Assembly (NCBI GenBank): GCA_026770705.1
Contig: JANJGN010000002.1
Location: 41,664,001 to 41,728,000, forward strand
Length of the DNA stretch: 64,000 nt
Origin: Isurus oxyrinchus
Taxonomy: Eukaryota
Reading direction: 5' to 3'
The notes under the pieces were generated by a model, which was not told the DNA's origin, did not search any database, and worked only from the letters and a program-made list of their open reading frames with translations. The position numbers and the translations under genes were made by a program. Positions 61,213 through 64,000 of the stretch are shown here, piece after piece. The stretch's first letter is position 1; every line of letters begins with the position of its first letter.

Positions 61213-63196
61213 GGGTGCCTTTGACTCAGCTTTATCTATTCTAACATTCTCTTATGTGGCTCGGAGTCAAATTTGGTTTGCTTATTCGCTTGTGAAACAC
61301 CTTGGGAAGTTTTACCGCATTGAAGGCCCTATATAGATGGCAGTTATTGTTGTATCTGTAAGGATATTGTCCTGCGATCCACTGATCCCACATAACTGAC
61401 TTACATTTTATGGCAGATGTGTTGAGCAGTTTAGCAGGCATCCCACCATTCCTTGGCAGTTTTCTGTGTTTAACATTGCCAAAGAGAGCAACGCTAAATC
61501 ATAATGAAAATTCGAGCCTGACTAATTTTCATGTTTTTTAGTTATGACCAGATAAACCATCAAAATGTACAACTTACAAAAATTCTCATGGAACAAGTAA
61601 GCCATACAACTTTCAGTAAGTTTCAGGCCACAAATTATGTCATTAACTCGGTGGCTTTTTTTCTTATTTCATTCATATGTAAGCCTGACAATTAAAATGG
61701 ACATAGTTACACCACAAGATCTGATTCATTGCACACAGTGATATATAATTGACAATTAAAACCACCATATTTTCATCCAAATCTTAACTTCATTATGATC
61801 CCTTACCAGATGTGCTGTATGAGTGGTATAGGCAGATATATGTTACAATCAGGTGCACCATTAATCCTGACTAGTGCCTTTAGAGCAGTCCACTTGTGAG
61901 ACTTAACCCAGAGGTACTCTGCTGCAGCAAAACGTTTCAGTTGGTTGCTTCATTTACATAATAATGAGATTGCATTTCTGATCAAAAGATCAAATTTGTT
62001 TATTTTCTTGATTTTAGAAGAGGAATTTTCCTTTGAACAAAAGCAACTGCTTTGTTCCATCTAAGGGATTTGTACATTTGATGCAGTTGTTATTGTATTT
62101 GTGATATTTGTTCCCTCTTCTTAATTGGATGTGTGTACAAAGTATTGTTGAGTTTAACTGGAAATCTTTATTTGCAGGAATTAACATATATCTAGGTTTT
62201 GATATGCAAGGGAACTTGAAACAGTTCATATTTCCTTTTCTGGTATGTATTTTTGTGAGGATAAGGTATAGAAAGGTACAGCTTCAGGATCACTAGGTTG
62301 AAGACCATTAACAGGAAGAGCAGTCAGACTATTAACAGACTGAATCACACTTAAATTGTGGCAGAAGATCTGCTGTAGTTCCTCAGCCAACATCAACATT
62401 GAACATGTGCTGCTTAATTGTGTCCTGCCAATTATTCTGCATTATTTCAATGCATTTATAATTATGTGGGCTCTTTAAATTTCAATGTTATGTGGACAAG
62501 GTTCAACATTAAAGTCCTGGAATTCCTCAGGGTGTGATCCTGATGGTTATGATGGGATTGCACTTATTGGTCTCCTCTGCCACTGATGCCATCATTATCT
62601 TCAATAACAACAACTTGCAATTATATGGCACTGTTAATGTGGCAAAACATCCCAAGCAACTTCAAGGAGCATCATATTAAAAAAAATGACTTGAGCCACA
62701 TAAAAGATATTCAGACAAATGACCAAATGCTTGGTTAAAGAAGAAGTAGAGTTTGCAGGTGGGTGGGCAGATATCTAATTTGCATGAGCAGCTTACCACA
62801 AATGATAATCTTTAGTACCTATGTCGTGATATGATGTGCATATATCTTTAAAGGAACATATCTTAAATTACTGTCAATCATGACCACCTTGACAGGATGT
62901 GATACCTGCCTCATTTGACTTGAGTCTCTGAAGCCCGCCTGCCATGTTGGAGATTGTCCAGGCATCTCCCCCGTGACTTCAGCCATGACCTCTCTGGCCC
63001 TTGGTATAAGGAGCTAATCTATTTTTAAGAAATCAAATTGGTGTTTTCTTCAGGGATCCTGTCTTTGTCTGAAACTCCCACCAGGGAGCCAACCTACTAA
63101 TATGTGGGTCAATGTGTCTCACTCACCAGCGTGCAAACCTGTTTTGATACAACAGTCTTAATTCAGTCACTGCTGCATCCAGCTCTAATCCCCCAA

Positions 63197-63530
63197 TGTC
63201 GTTTATCTTGTAAAGGCGAGCGGAAATTCTGAAATTCTTATGTCTTGAGTCTATGAGTTCACTAGTCGAGTAAACTCGAATTGCACGCCTTCATATACAC
63301 TTGTTAATTGGTGCTTGCTATCAATAATGGAGAGACCGGCATAAGAACAAACTGTGATTGTTTATTGCAACAGAAGGCAGAACACTAAACCCTTGCATGC
63401 TCCCACAACCACCTCCAGCTCTAGACTACAGTTAACCGGTAGCCCACACTGTACAGTGATTGGTCTGTACTGTCACATTGTTAGTCTGCTTGCATTCTCT
63501 TAAAGGTACATGGTACCCCACTTTACCACA
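63197..63530 (-). mobile_element. Possible solo LTR
   Basis: TGTCGT...ACCACA termini and a minus-strand AATAAA at ~63361-63366. No convincing TSD. Confidence 0.35.
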
Positions 63531-64000
63531 GAAATGATCAGAAACAGCAGAGTCACAGTGAAATCAGTTGTCTGCCATTTCTCAAAGGAATCTGCTTGTC
63601 TCCAAAGTTGTAGAAGGAGGTTGATGGAAAGCCTTCCCACCCCCCACCTTTCAGACCATTAACATTCTTGATCACGTCTCATTTAGGATTCCAAGGAATA
63701 AATTCCCTACTTGCTTCATGGCCTAAGCATGATACATGTGGTGATGCCTAAAAGAGGCATGAATAATTGGGCAAAAACATTAAATGATTTGCCGTGGTAA
63801 AAGAGTGAAGGAATATTGATCCTGGCTTGTTGTTTCTCAGGTTAGGTTACTGACCTAGCCCTGAATAGCCTTAGAGCGTATATGTTCCGAAATTTCACCA
63901 GCAGTGCCGAATTTGGAATGAAAATTGGGCAGGTTCTAGAAAGGCCGTTTGATCCACCCACCAGATCACGACCTCAGAAGTGAAGATGAAAATCAAACCC

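Larger units (their letters stand above)
58750..61352 (+). mobile_element. L2 3' fragment (58750-59167 plus 61213-61352) split by a Harbinger insertion
   Basis: Motifs PVLADLYWL and VKQCLDFKILFLVFKFLH. The tail resumes after 61212 (CTTTGAC...TGTGAAACACCTTGGG...GTTATTGTTG). Confidence 0.8.

Noticed and set aside
62822-63154. Second possible solo LTR (TGTCGT...ACAACA)
   Set aside because: No TSD and no clear polyadenylation signal; too weak to call.

Overview
Repeat-rich eukaryotic DNA, intergenic or deep-intronic, with no host protein-coding exon I can support. The repeat content suggests a cartilaginous fish (shark-like) genome; this is inference. Almost all ORFs in the track are transposon relics or chance ORFs. 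Contents: about five PIF/Harbinger transposon relics (DDE transposase facing an intron-containing Myb/SANT gene); at least 10 Harbinger-type MITEs; a hAT element; a decayed Gypsy gag-pol without LTRs; CR1, L2 and RTE LINE fragments; a tRNA-headed LINE with related SINEs; DeuSINE-like copies; and a young Penelope-like element (RT plus GIY-YIG) with a perfect 14-bp TSD. Four observations stand out. (i) The Penelope terminal repeats carry minimal hammerhead ribozyme motifs, and the young subfamily has a non-canonical core (CUGUUGA/CUGCUGA). (ii) Short, often TSD-flanked Penelope-end insertions have 5' breakpoints clustered at the ribozyme. (iii) Two MITEs contain copies of nearby DNA, each with a 69-78 bp perfectly identical core inside diverged flanks. 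(iv) One LINE starts with a tRNA-like head shared with local SINEs. Boundaries were read by eye and are approximate unless a TSD is quoted.
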